DNA of 63,623 nucleotides, counting the filler, from Octopus bimaculoides (lineage: Eukaryota): assembly GCF_001194135.2 (NCBI RefSeq). It is 5 parts of 4 records of this genome, joined end to end, with 100 filler letters (N's around TTAATTAATTAA, not from the genome) between each part and the next. Parts side by side here need not be neighbours in the genome. Positions count along the whole stretch, not along the records: positions 20,335 to 51,845 come from NC_068981.1; 4 more parts are not named here. The stretch is one strand, 5' to 3'. The notes below the pieces were generated by a model. The model was not told the DNA's origin and did no database searches. It saw nothing but the letters and a program-made list of their open reading frames with translations. Numbering within the stretch: the first letter of the stretch is position 1; every line of letters starts with the position of its first letter. Shown piece after piece: positions 36,201-49,962 of this stretch. Both the position numbers and the translations under genes were made by a program.

Positions 36201-38489
36201 ATTTACATATCTATATAACAATATTTGTTAGAAAATAATTGCTGGAAAGCGAAACAGAAAATATTCTCTTTGATAATCACTATCAAGTAATTCAAAAATT
36301 ATTTAAACGCAATAAGTATGATGCCTAAAATATTTTAAAGCATATCGAATTACCATCTGTTACAAAATTAGGGTTATAGAATGTTCCAAACTGCATAAAA
36401 ATGTAGTGTTTCTGCATTTAATGTTTACTAGACCAGGAACATTATTTCTTTGTGAGATGAAACTTTTCTCTGTGCACTTTATTTTGTGTTTCCATTCAAG
36501 TATCACACAGTAATACACCATTAAGGGAAACAGAGTATGTTTTATTGGGAAATTATTTTATTCTATATTCTAAAATAATGGACTAGATGCGTACATCAAA
36601 TTCATTAGATCGTGTGTGATTTAGCGAAAGTGTGCTGTGATCTCGGAATATGTCTCTTGGATTATTTGACAAATATATCCATACATAAATTTATACATTG
36701 TATTTGCATTTTAAATGTATTATCGATTGAAATCGAAACTAAATATAAGTGAATTATTTCATGCCAAGCTAAAAATTTACGTACGTAAATAATTGTTGAT
36801 CCATTAACTCGCTGTGTTTAGCTTCAGGAATTGTCAAAAATATCTCATATATCAAAACAAATAGAAGATAATAAAACAAGCTCAATACACAATATCACAA
36901 TTAAATCTTTAAACTACACAGAAGCACAAGCGTACACACAAGCAAAAACATGCGCAGAAAGTTACACGCATGCAAAAATCATACATTCACATATGTAGAC
37001 AATGATACTCAAGCAAATACACGCGCGCAAACATGTATAAGCGTGTCATTGTACTCTTGTGTATTTTCGTGTCTTTGATTGAAAGTATTCGCGTATTCCT
37101 CTTTGTGCCCGCAATTTGTTAACCTGCATTCTTTTATTGACACATTTACGTGCATGAAACTTAGCGTCTGAGAAGGTAGATTCTGTCAGATAAAAAAGAA
37201 ATAATGAATAAAAGCAACTCTTAATGTCATCATTTAAGTGCCCATCAGAGTTGTACAAGAACATAGTCGAAGTCCGATAATTGAAGCAATTATAGAGGAA
37301 AAGAACTCACCCACACATACATACATGTATGCATGCATACATGCACGCATACATGTATATATGCACACATACCGGTATGCCTGTATACTTTCACATACAC
37401 ACACACACGCGCACATACATATTTATGTTCGTGGGTGTATGTATAAGTTCGTATGGTTCTAAAGAAATGTGCTTATCATTTCGGTGATGGTAATTGATAA
37501 TGTCTTCACAAAATATATAACCCACTTGTATTAAGAGATATTACTTTAAAATATATTACTATGAAGTGAAGCAATGATATTTTAATATACGTCCCTCCAT
37601 TCCGTCTTATATTGCAAAGTGTTTCGTATGAGGTATATTTTAAAATGATGATATTTAAAAAAAAATATTGGACATAATTGATTTCCACATAATCCTATTT
37701 TTTTTATACAATTTATTTTTCTAATGGAGTTGTTGATATCGACAAATATTTATCACGAATATTTCACACAAATATACATGCATAAACATATATAAGCGCA
37801 TGCATTTTAAATTATACAGTGACGGGATTACTAAAATGTACAACTAGCTCCAGAATAACATTAAAATACAAGTATATTATTCTAGAGAATGTTTTTTGAA
37901 CATGTATTGTATGTCCTAAATTTATGGTAGCTTATATTTTCTGAATTATCCACATCTAGCAGATAATATACATTAAACTCATTGCTTTAGCCCTAAAGCA
38001 ATGAAATTTGTTTTTTAACTGTTTCGGTACTAAACAAAAGTTTTATCTATGTAGAATTGATGAATCTTCTTGTATCTGGAAGACAACATTCTAATAATAT
38101 TCTGCTTAAGGTAACTGTAGTCCATGCGAGCCAAAGCCAATTGATCGAGAAATAGTAAAACAATTTGATTTATGTTACATTTGTGGTATAAAACATCTTC
38201 ATGAACTAAGACAGTCTTTATTTGGTCAGTGGATTTCTCATATTATCACGGTTGCTCGTCGTAATCAAGTGTTGCTTTGTACTCGTCATTGCAAGGTACA
38301 TTTGTAGGAAATCCAATTTGGACTTAATTATCACAATTTAAAAAAACATGGGCCGAACAAGACAGCGATTATTACTCAAATAAGTGGGAGTCTCCATTAC
38401 CGATGTAAGACTGCACACCGAAAAAGTTACTGCCATTTTCGGTGGGATAAGAAAGGTGGCATTCCTTATGATGTGTTACATCTCAGTAC

Positions 38490-38720
38490 TTGAAGAGAGT
38501 TGGTGTCAATTGCAAGCGTTGTACATAAAATAGTAGATTAAACTGCTCATCTATTCTCAAATGAAAAAGCATGTTGCTCTTACATGATAATGTAAGATCA
38601 AATATTACCCAAGACGCTTGTGAAAAGATTGTAACTAAATAAAAAGTGTTTGCCTCATCTCGTTTGCTCTCTTGAGCTTGCTTCATCTGAATATCGTCAT
38701 TTTTAGAGAAATTCATCAGA
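38490..38720 (+). mobile_element. Mariner transposase catalytic-core relic
   Basis: MLLLHDNVRS... followed, after a frameshift, by LPHLVCSLELASSEYRHFR, a degenerate HDNA...PHPPYSPDLAPSDYHLFR. Confidence 0.62.
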
Positions 38721-40127
38721 ACTTATATAAGATGTACTTTTCCATCAGCATATCAACACAGATATAGGGTACAGTACAAAGTAGAATTTGAAAGCAGGAA
38801 GAGCAACTTTTGCTATTTGTTTTACTATTTTACCTGTAAGAAAGGTAACTTAAAAGAAATGCACCTTAGACATCTAATCAAGTTGCCTTACTTTTCCGTC
38901 TTCTGTGAGAAGATTTTCGATGTCACAGGTTATCTTTCCATAGCAATATTAACGGCAAGTCCATTACAGTTATGCATGAGGCAATCTTTACAAATTAATG
39001 AAATATATGTTCATTCAGCAATTTAGCAAATTAATGCGCATCGCTAACAAACGAAATGTAACGCAAATACGTTTAAGCTCTGCTTCACTACCTATCCAAC
39101 TTTACACGCCATATAATGCATCATTTTGTAGAAAACATGAAATAACTTTCTGTACTGAGCCGTTGAAAACAAAGTGAAACAAATGTACCATTTCTGCATT
39201 AAGCTTGGCAAGGTACGAGGCACATTGAGAAATCCATTGAGAGAAACAACGATGTGTAAGATAGAGAGAAAAACTGAGTGAATGAGTAAGAGAGACAGCG
39301 AGATAGACAAAGAGAAGAAGAAGGAGGAGGAGGAGGAGGAGGAGGAGGAGGAGGTGGTGGAGGAGAGAGATGAGGTAAAAGAGAGAGACATACCCTACAC
39401 GTCCTCGACAAATAACGTTTATTTTCCCGACAAATAACAGATACATACGTGTGTGCGTGTGTGTGTGTGTGTGCGTGTGTGTGTGTGTGTGCGTGTGTGT
39501 GTGCGTGCATGTGTGTGTGTGTGCTTGTGTGAGTGCATTTGTAAGCTTATGTGTGAGGAAATACACACATTTATACGCATATATATTCTGTGAAATATTT
39601 AACCTCGGTTAAATTTAAACAATGTAGATCGATTTTCTTAATAGTAATATCTTTTAACAAATTGGTCCTTGCCTAACCTATGATAGCTATATTGGTTATC
39701 TTCAATGGTCAATAAATAGCTGAACCCAACCTTGGAGTATTTCCAACACAGTAATTAATATTATCGATGCACAAATTATCGCGTCCTTTTAAATCTCTAG
39801 TTTCACCAAATAACCGGGTATTTTGGTGGTTTTCCAAATTGATAAATCAATGTTTAAACAATGCATATAAACTTAATGAAGCACAGTGCACAAGACATCG
39901 CCACATACGATTTGTTGTCTACAAATGTGTTTACACGTAGACATTAATGTATGCGTGTGTGTGGTAGGATACTTGGAAAATAAAATGTCACAAGATAATT
40001 GAAAATATAATGCAACACGGTTTAGTTACTACAAAAATTTTCAGCTCAACACGCGGTCCTATGTAGCGCATAAGATTCATATAATGCATGTAAACAGTAA
40101 TACACACACACACACACACACATACGC

Positions 40128-40300
40128 AGCCACGGAGGGGTAGCTGTGTCGTAACAAGCTTGCTTCCCAACCACATGGTTCCAGGTTCAGTTCCACTGCG
40201 TGGCATCTAGGGCAGGTGTCTTCTACTATAGGATCGGGCCGACAGCAGCCTTGTGAGTGGATTTGATAGACCGAAACCGAAAAGTATCCCGTCGTATGTA
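40128..40300 (+). mobile_element. SINE family A, 5' half
   Basis: cccaaccacatggttccaggttcagttccactgcgtggc..gtgtcttctactata..ccttgtgagtggatttg; runs into (TA)n and a gap. Confidence 0.82.
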
Positions 40301-40304
40301 TGTA

Positions 40305-40342
<38 letters not shown>

Positions 40343-43194
40343 NNNNNNNNNNNNNNNNNNNNNNNNNNNNNNNNNNNNNNNNNNNNNNNNNNNNNNNNNN
40401 NNNNNNNNNNNNNNNNNNNNNNNNNNNNNNNNNNNNNNNNNNNNNNNNNNNNNNNNNNNNNNNNNNNNNNNNNNNNNNNNNNNNNNNNNNNNNNNNNNNN
40501 NNNNNNNNNNNNNNNNNNNNNNNNNNNNNNNNNNNNNNNNNNNNNNNNNNNNNNNNNNNNNNNNNNNNNNNNNNNNNNNNNNNNNNNNNNNNNNNNNNNN
40601 NNNNNNNNNNNNNNNNNNNNNNNNNNNNNNNNNNNNNNNNNNNNNNNNNNNNNNNNNNNNNNNNNNNNNNNNNNNNNNNNNNNNNNNNNNNNNNNNNNNN
40701 NNNNNNNNNNNNNNNNNNNNNNNNNNNNNNNNNNNNNNNNNNNNNNNNNNNNNNNNNNNNNNNNNNNNNNNNNNNNNNNNNNNNNNNNNNNNNNNNNNNN
40801 NNNNNNNNNNNNNNNNNNNNNNNNNNNNNNNNNNNNNNNNNNNNNNNNNNNNNNNNNNNNNNNNNNNNNNNNNNNNNNNNNNNNNNNNNNNNNNNNNNNN
40901 NNNNNNNNNNNNNNNNNNNNNNNNNNNNNNNNNNNNNNNNNNNNNNNNNNNNNNNNNNNNNNNNNNNNNNNNNNNNNNNNNNNNNNNNNNNNNNCGACAT
41001 CCACCTGTATGTATAGGTGCATATCTGGGTACAGGACATTGCAAACAAAACAGAGACGAGAATACACACAAGCCACATAGAGAACATTCTACTTCATCAG
41101 CTACCCCCGTTTTAACACCGGCGTTTCGAAGAGCTAGGCAGGACGCATCGTTAAAACGGCTCATCCCATGGACCGCAGATTAAATTTGTATACGCAAATT
41201 AAATCTTGCCTTGGAGGAATGTCGTGGCGGACAAAAAACAAGACAGGAAAACAAACAGAAAAGGCTTTTCGGCCAGACGAGAAAAATATATATACCTTGA
41301 TGACAGTACGCATCACCCATGTATTGTACAAATATTAATCTTCACAAACTACATTGAAATTTGAATAGTTAGCTTCATGTAACCTGTCACCATTTCTATT
41401 CGCTTTGTGAAATTCTGGATATCATTTCGCCAGAAATTATTCTATAGAATTATTGTTAGGATTATAAATCTCACCATTATAGACACACATGTATATGCAT
41501 ATGTAAATACGTGTAGCAGACGAATACGCAATGTTAAGTACACATGATAAAACGGACGGAGATAAAAACTACTCCCGGCAGCGACTAGCGAGAACGTCAG
41601 AAGAATCTGAACCCAGTGGTCCTTGTTAATGTTATCTAATCGCAACCAAACGAGTAGATCTAATCTCACGCGTTCGATATTGGAAACAGCGGATAAAACA
41701 TTCATTGATCCCGTGATTAACCGCCAAGCTCCATAAAACATCGAGACGCACAATTTGAAGCAGAACTTGGTTAAAATAGCAATCTATATATCTTAGTTAA
41801 TGTATATATATACACTGTTGACAGTCAGGATACTGTTGATTAATTGATTTATCTTGGCAGTAACCGAGTTGAGAGTAACTAGAATTCGGAGACGGAGTAC
41901 AACAGCGCCTTCAGTCTCCAATTTTAAACTATATTGCATAACTTTTGTCCCCGGAACGTATTTATATTTAAACATGATACATATTCTACCGGATTTTTGA
42001 CGAATTTCAAAATTACAAGCACATACAAATCCGCGGATACATTGCTTAAAGAGCCATTAAATTTAGCACTGTAACACTGGTAATTGGTACGTACATAGAA
42101 ATTTATGGTAGTGACATCACAGGTCATTTTCTAACAACAAAATACTAAATATTGGAAACGTGGCGAACATCTTAAATTTAAATCACACTGGATAAAAATT
42201 ATGATGAGTACACAATCAACTGTTATTGTAGAAGAAATTATAGTACTAGTCAATTTATGAAACCAACTTATATTATTGAGTTCTAGTCAATTTATGAAGT
42301 CGACTTATATTACTGAGGGAATAACTGTGAGCGCATGCATAGGAAGTCACCACTTACTAGTTAGATGAACATGACTACATATAACCCATATTTTGTATGT
42401 TTGTGCTTACATGTGTGTACGTCTGCATTTAGGTACGTGGTTTATAATAGTGCATCATGTAGAATCCTTTTCCTCAAGGTTTGGCTTGTCCAATCTGATA
42501 AATCTATCTCTCTGTAAGAGTATTTGTGTGCCGCTTCAGGAGCGCATTTGCGATTGTGTTCGCATATGCGATTGCATGCTTTTGGGTATGTTAGAGATAT
42601 GTATTTGAAAGAAATGTAAGTAAGATATAAGAAAAGACAAATAGAAGTAAAGAGGTCAGAATGACAAACATCAACCAACTCTCACAGGAAACAAAATGTT
42701 GCCTGTCAATAAGTTCAACTATGTTTCGAACTATTGTGTGTTTGCGTGTTCTTTAACTCTGAAAGACTGCGTGTATGCTTGTTTGTGTATGCATGTTATT
42801 TTTGATAGTATGACTTACTGTGTCGATGTGTGTCTCTGTATGCATGCGCGCGTGTATGAGTATAATCTTTCTGAATCGTGTAGCAGTGTTTGTTATATTG
42901 GTTGTTGATTCAGTGCACATACATACAATCTATAGATATTTAGTTTGGAAAGGCTTTGGGTATGGTTAGTTAAATAAGATATGCAAATAGGAGAGTACGA
43001 CCTCAAACTTAATGTCAAATGTATTCATTTTTTTAGTGTTAGATCTATATATCTCACATTGTTCGGCACGTATCTCTTTATATGACTGGTCGCTTTTGTG
43101 TAATAGATTGCAGACGCACTACTTCTCTCCTTCTCTTTCTCCCCCATTTCTGTGTGGTTCCACACATTTATGTGTATGTATATATTAAATTTAT

Positions 43195-43423
43195 TTATTT
43201 ATTGCCCAAGTGGGGCTAAACGTAGAGGGGAGAAACAAGGACAAATAAAGGGATTATGCCGATTACATCGACCTCAGTGCGTAACTGGTACTTACTTAAT
43301 CGACCCCGAAAGTATGAAAGGCGAAGTCGACATCGGCGAAATTTGAACTCAGAACGTAACGGCAGATAAAACACCGCTGAGCATTTCGCCCGGCGTGTTA
43401 ACAATTCTGGAAGCACAGCGCCC
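43195..43423 (-). mobile_element. SINE family B, near full length, CpG-rich copy
   Basis: actggtacttacttaatcgaccccgaaagtatgaaaggcgaagtcgacatcggcgaaatttgaactcagaacg. Confidence 0.85.
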
Positions 43424-43439
43424 TATATATGTGTATATA

Positions 43440-43750
43440 TATATAATAATAATATTAGGGGCAAGATCCAAAATTATAGGTAAAAAACTCAATTAAAATC
43501 AATTTATAAAAAATTAAAATTAAATTGAGCCTTATAGATAAAGTATATATATAATATATAGTTTTAGGGAAATTAACCAATTTTCAAGAACTCATCGATG
43601 AAAATCCACTATCACATATAGAAAAATTAATAATTAAAAGCACAATAAATGAGTATAATATAAAGTAAAGTAAATATCATAAGATAAATATAATAAAAAG
43701 ATTACACGTGTTTCATAACTATTTTTCAAATAGAAAAGAAATTTAAATCG
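43440..43750. repeat. Second copy of the AT-rich repeat, ending in a fold-back
   Basis: Homologous to 27955-28335. Confidence 0.7.
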
Positions 43751-43847
43751 ATTTGAAAATTAGTTATGAAACACGTGTAATCTTTTTATTATATTTATCT
43801 TATGATATTTACTTTACTTTATATTATACTCATTTATTGTGCTTTTA
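43635..43847. repeat. Long inverted repeat: 97-bp arms (96/97 identical) with a 19-nt spacer
   Basis: 43751-43847 is the reverse complement of 43635-43731 with one mismatch; the right arm runs into an N gap. Confidence 0.92.
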
Positions 43848-44670
43848 NNNNNNNNNNNNNNNNNNNNNNNNNNNNNNNNNNNNNNNNNNNNNNNNNNNNN
43901 NNNNNNNNNNNNNNNNNNNNNNNNNNNNNNNNNNNNNNNNNNNNNNNNNNNNNNNNNNNNNNNNNNNNNNNNNNNNNNNNNNNNNNNNNNNNNNNNNNNN
44001 NNNNNNNNNNNNNNNNNNNNNNNNNNNNNNNNNNNNNNNNNNNNNNNNNNNNNNNNNNNNNNNNNNNNNNNNNNNNNNNNNNNNNNNNNNNNNNNNNNNN
44101 NNNNNNNNNNNNNNNNNNNNNNNNNNNNNNNNNNNNNNNNNNNNNNNNNNNNNNNNNNNNNNNNNNNNNNNNNNNNNNNNNNNNNNNNNNNNNNNNNNNN
44201 NNNNNNNNNNNNNNNNNNNNNNNNNNNNNNNNNNNNNNNNNNNNNNNNNNNNNNNNNNNNNNNNNNNNNNNNNNNNNNNNNNNNNNNNNNNNNNNNNNNN
44301 NNNNNNNNNNNNNNNNNNNNNNNNNNNNNNNNNNNNNNNNNNNNNNNNNNNNNNNNNNNNNNNNNNNNNNNNNNNNNNNNNNNNNNNNNNNNNNNNNNNN
44401 NNNNNNNNNNNNNNNNNNNNNNNNNNNNNNNNNNNNNNNNNNNNNNNNNNNNNNNNNNNNNNNNNNNNNNNNNNNNNNNNNNNNNNNNNNNNNNNNNNNN
44501 NNNNNNNNNNNNNNNNNNNNNNNNNNNNNNNNNNNNNNNNNNNNNNNNNNNNNNNNNNNNNNNNNNNNNNNNNNNNNNNNNNNNNNNNNNNNNNNNNNNN
44601 NNNNNNNNNNNNNNNNNNNNNNNNNNNNNNNNNNNNNNNNNNNNNNNNNNNNNNNNNNNNNNNNNNNNNN

Positions 44671-44728
<58 letters not shown>

Positions 44729-44729
44729 T

Positions 44730-44870
44730 GTATTCTTTTAGTTCTTTCAGTTTCCGTCTAACAAATCCGCTCACAAGCCTTTGGGCGGACCGAAACTATA
44801 GGAGACGCTTTCCCAAGGTTCCGTGCACTTGGTAAGCAAGCTACTTATCACATAGACGCTCCTGCGCACA
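44730..44870 (-). mobile_element. SINE family A 5' half, diverged
   Basis: tctttcagtttccgtcta..caaatccgctcacaagcctttg..cccaagg..ggtaagcaagctactta. Confidence 0.72.
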
Positions 44871-44930
44871 CATATGTATAATGTATATATTAACTTAATA
44901 ATAATATACATATGTATATAATTATATTAA

Positions 44931-45150
44931 GGGAGCAATAGCGAAAATGATCTATCTCCAGCATGCTTGAAGTGCCAAAACCTTAAAAAACTACAAAAAA
45001 CTCCAGATAAATATTACTTGAGATCTTTCTAATGTTCTTTCACTACCCCGCTATCAGACATGTGTATATTTTTCTGGAGGTTTTGGTAGGTTTTTGAATG
45101 TCTTCGCACATCAAGTATTCTGGAGACAAGTTGTTATCTCCCTTGCTTCT
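44931..45150. mobile_element. 220-bp MITE with ~80-bp imperfect TIRs flanked by TTAA (Kolobok-like RR termini)
   Basis: TTAA|gggagcaa..tctccagcatgcttgaagtg..aaaaactac..ctccag on the left; ctggag..gtaggtttttga..catcaagtattctggaga..ttgcttct|TTAA on the right. Confidence 0.72.
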
Positions 45151-45559
45151 TTAATATAATTATATACATATATGTATTATTATTAATTTAATGTATAAAT
45201 TACCTATAAACTTTGATAGCATGCGGACTAACTGATAAAAATCATTAACGTGATTGTTACCCTTATACTCTATTTGAATTAATAAACAAAATGAAATAAT
45301 TTAAGTATTTTTTCTCGAGACCAGAATGCCATTTACTGCTTGGCTATTCTCATAATATACACGTGGCTCTGGTAAGGGGATTTAAAATAGACATGTCTTG
45401 GATCTGTACGTGCAAATATTTGTATGTAGACGTGTGAAACTGCTTTGTACGATACGTACAATTATTTGTGTTTATGTTTCCCCGTGTGTTGTGTTGACGA
45501 AGGAAAAACATAACTTTATGTTTTAATTCAGAAATTGGAACCAATTCACAATTAACGTG

Positions 45560-45683
45560 ATGTCTTTACAATGTTCTTTCAATAGCCCGCTTTCATCCAT
45601 GTGTATTTGGAGGTTTTGGTAGTTTTTTGAAAGTCTCGACACTTCAAGCATCCTGGAGAGAGGTCGTTTTCCTCCTTGCTCCC
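45560..45683. mobile_element. Right half of a second copy of the same MITE
   Basis: aatgttctttca..ccgct..tggaggttttggtag..cttcaagcatcctggaga..ttgctccc|TTAA; no left TIR was found. Confidence 0.7.
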
Positions 45684-46572
45684 TTAATATAATTAGATGC
45701 ATATGTTTAATTTAATATATAAATGACCTGTAAATGTTGATAGCTGGCTGCCTACCTCACAAAAATCATGTTATTTTTATTCTTATATTCTATATATACA
45801 TATATATGTGTGAGTGTGTGTGTATGTATATATATATATATATGTGTGCGTGTGCGTGTGTGTGTGTATGTGTGTGTGTGTGTGTGTGTGCGTGTGTGTG
45901 TATGAGTGAGGCTGTATGTGTGCAAATGTTTATAATATGTGATAAATAAACACATACATGTCATAAAAATTTCGGTGTGTGCGTTTGTTTGTACCTTCGT
46001 ATGAGTGTGCGCATAAGTTCGAATTCTAATAACGAATTGCCTTTCTGAACACTTTTAGTGCAGGTGTACCTGAGATTATCACCGTAGGGCTGATGGAATG
46101 TGCGTTATGTGCATAGGAACGAGTCTAATTTGAGAACAAGGAGGTATAACATTTTCATTTTAATATCATAAAAAAAAAACAGTGATGCAGATCAGATCAA
46201 AATCAAATGCTACACCAGAAAAAGTATATTAGTATACGTAGTGAATTATAATGCGCAACGATGAATAATTTAAATCAGACGTTAGTAAGAAGAAACTACA
46301 TTTAGAATGAGTGATAAAACTATATTCATTTTCTGTTATTACTGTATATTTGTATCATATTTTCATGCACACTAGAAGATGCAATAATATATAATGGTGA
46401 AAGAGAGTAGAAATCGCTTTTATAATCAACTAAAATAAAACCGATCAACGAAGTCAATAGAACGCACAACCCAGTGGAAAAAATACAAATATATAAACGT
46501 TTTATAGATGAATGAGAGAAGAAGGAAGGGCAAAGTTTACTGAGTTGAAAATCTGTACAAATCTACAAAGCA

Positions 46573-47422
46573 CAGAAGGGGTAGCCAAAAGTAACCGGAA
46601 ACCTTCTTAGTGGGACAAGCTCGTTGGAGTTCGGGCTTCCGCCGCCAGATGCCACGTCATGAGACTGTCAGGCATGAGTCTGCTGACCACCATCCTCCAC
46701 AAACGTCATACTATCACCTGATGTGTCTTTATTTTGCAGTGCTTCTCTCTTGTTCGTTGATTTTTGCGATAGGTGAAATGAAGGAACAACGTGCTTCCGT
46801 GAAACAGTTGTTATACTTCAAACAACTTAAAGCCTGCTGCCACGAGCAAGACGCAAGTTTACAAGTGGTATTCATACATTAGGCATAGTCATTTGTCGCT
46901 TGACGACCAACCTCTTTCGGGGCGACAGTCGACTTCTCGATCGAATGATAACATCATGAAAATTCATGAACTTCATCTTGGATAACCGTCACTGAAAAAT
47001 TGACCAGCTTGTTGATATGACTGCTTTGTCCTACCAGCGAATTTTGGACGAGAAATTGAGAATGAAAACAGTTTGTACCTCGATGGCTTACGGGAAATCA
47101 AAAACAGTAAGGACTGAATACGTGTCGTGAACTGAAAGAACTAGATCCAGACCTTTCATTTTTGAAAGTCATCATTGGTGACGAAAGCTGGTGCTACGGA
47201 ATTTGCATGTGTAGAATAGATGAAGAAAAAAAAATAACGCAGAGGCGTTAAAATGCATTACTTCGTAAGTGTTTAGAAGTGCTTCGAACAGTGGAAAACG
47301 CATCAAGACCGAGGCATTGCTTCAACTGGAGAATACTCTCAAGGCAACCATGTGTAGATAAATAAAACTAAGTGAATTAAATAATATTACAAAATTACGG
47401 TTTCCCTTCGGCAACTCCCACT
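46573..47422 (+). mobile_element. Internally deleted mariner element (~850 bp) with degenerate TIRs
   Basis: MKEQRASVK..KTQVYKW..DDQPLSGR..KIHEL..GDESWCYG then jumps directly to the C-terminus (FEQWK..DRGIASTGEY). The left end ggggtagccaaaagtaaccggaa resembles the reverse complement of ttacggtttcccttcggcaactccc. Confidence 0.8.
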
Positions 47423-48571
47423 ATATAAGGTGAAATTGAAACAAATATTGCTACATATTTGTTGTATTCCAAGAAATACATTCTGTTGAAAAAAGAAGTC
47501 TATATTGTAAAAACATCGTTATTAATCAGAAAAGATATACGCTACAATTTATAATCCGACTTCTCGTAGTTTTAAAACAATAATGAAATACATGAAATCA
47601 ATAATGAGCCACCTGATATAGAACCCATATAACATTAAACAATATATTTAGAAACACACTTATAAGCATAACTTTGTTGAACATAATATCAGCAATTTAT
47701 ATTCCATCGAAATTCTGAATAGCAATTAGAGTTTGAACTCATATTTTTTCATATGTGTCTAGGGGGTTGCGCATGTGTGTATATAATTATATATTCAGAA
47801 CTCAATTATACATATGTTTATAAACATACATTAACACACATCCTACGTATATTCATATGTAAACCTCAATATTTAGTTATTATCATACTATATGCATACA
47901 TATATATGTATGTGGGGATGTTCTTGTGTGTGTATGTGTATATGTATGTGTGTGTTGAAATTAAAATTGCCTTTGATTTCATTTTTCTTAATTACTTATT
48001 CAATTTTTGTCGAATTGGATCATTTATCACTTTCTTATATTTCGCTTTAATAATTATGTGTGTGTGTGTGTGCACGCGTGCCTGTGTATTATATAAATAT
48101 ATATGAGTATGTATGTATATGCGTACGTATGTACTAAACACATATTTTTTTTTCTAAGTATGTAAATTTAAAGTGATCATTTCTAATCTCTTAAAAATGA
48201 ATAAAAATAACACTTTGTTCATAACAGAGATTGATTTGGTTATTTTGTCTTTTTTTTCAATTTTTACTATATAGGTGAAAACTGATTTGTTTTAGTTTTC
48301 TCTGTATCTATGATTTTTCATATTATATAAATCGTGTAGTCATTATCAATTGTGTGAAAAGTTAATGAGAAAAGATAATTAGTTTTCTACCGTTTTGGTC
48401 TGATATCAAATTTTATTCTTACAATTCGAAAAAGTTCGAAAAGTATATGTAAGATACAAGTGAAAATTATTACTTTTTTCATATTTAAACACAAAATATT
48501 TTATTCTATAATCATATTCTAACATGCATATACACATACATGTATCATAATATGTGTGTTGTCTAAATACT

Positions 48572-48640
<69 letters not shown>

Positions 48641-49062
48641 TGTGTGTGGGTGTGTGTGTGTGTGCGTGTGTATGTGTGTAATTATATACATTTCCATGTG
48701 TGTGTGTCTTTCTTCGTAAGTGTTAGTGTATGTGTGTGCCTGCGTTGCGTGCGAATTATTAATATTCATGTGTGTATATATGTATGATTATGTATCTCTA
48801 CGTGTAGTGAGCTGAAGAACGTTACTGGCCAAGCGGATAGTAAGGGAAATCCTCTTCAGAAGTGCAACCGACAAACAAGTGGTTCTAGTCGTTCACTCCT
48901 GGCACTCAAAGATAGCCGGGTCGATATAGGTAGTAACTCTTAACTGTTCACTTAGTATCATTTAAAAACCATCTTTAGAACGGATCAGACTAGAAAACTT
49001 TGCATCAGTGTACTGCTTGGTCACAAAAGCCCAAAGATACACATACATACATCTAAACATAT

Positions 49063-49458
49063 ACTCTTTTACTCTTTTATTTGTTTCAGTCATTTTACTG
49101 CGGCCATGTAGGAGCACCACCTTAAGTCGAGTAAATCGACCCCAGTAATTATTCCTTGTAAGCCTAGTACTTATTCTATCGGTCTGTTTTGCCGAACCGC
49201 TAATTTACGGGCACATAAACACACCAGCATTGGTTGTTAAGCGATGTTGGGGGGACAAACACATACACACAAATATATGCACACACATGCATATATACGA
49301 CGGGGTTCTTTCAGTTGCCGTAAACCAAATCCACTCACAAGGCTTTGGTCGGCCCGAGGCTATAGTTGAAGACACTTGTCCAAGGTGCCACGCAGTGGGA
49401 CTGATCTCAGAACCATGTGGTTGGTAAGCAAGCTACTTACCACTCAGCCACTCCGCGC
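49063..49458 (-). mobile_element. SINE family A, near full length
   Basis: Reverse complement of the 6660 copy from the (ctttta)n tail to the head. Confidence 0.87.
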
Positions 49459-49921
49459 ATNNNNNNNNNNNNNNNNNNNNNNNNNNNNNNNNNNNNNNNN
49501 NNNNNNNNNNNNNNNNNNNNNNNNNNNNNNNNNNNNNNNNNNNNNNNNNNNNNNNNNNNNNNNNNNNNNNNNNNNNNNNNNNNNNNNNNNNNNNNNNNNN
49601 NNNNNNNNNNNNNNNNNNNNNNNNNNNNNNNNNNNNNNNNNNNNNNNNNNNNNNNNNNNNNNNNNNNNNNNNNNNNNNNNNNNNNNNNNNNNNNNNNNNN
49701 NNNNNNNNNNNNNNNNNNNNNNNNNNNNNNNNNNNNNNNNNNNNNNNNNNNNNNNNNNNNNNNNNNNNNNNNNNNNNNNNNNNNNNNNNNNNNNNNNNNN
49801 NNNNNNNNNNNNNNNNNNNNNNNNNNNNNNNNNNNNNNNNNNNNNNNNNNNNNNNNNNNNNNNNNNNNNNNNNNNNNNNNNNNNNNNNNNNNNNNNNNNN
49901 NNNNNNNNNNNNNNNNNNNNA

Positions 49922-49962
<41 letters not shown>

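Noticed and set aside
41090-41170. Type II (permuted) hammerhead on the minus strand
   Set aside because: GAAAC and CTGATGA are present, but helix I cannot be formed and helix II pairing is poor. It is kept only as an unclassified repeat motif.
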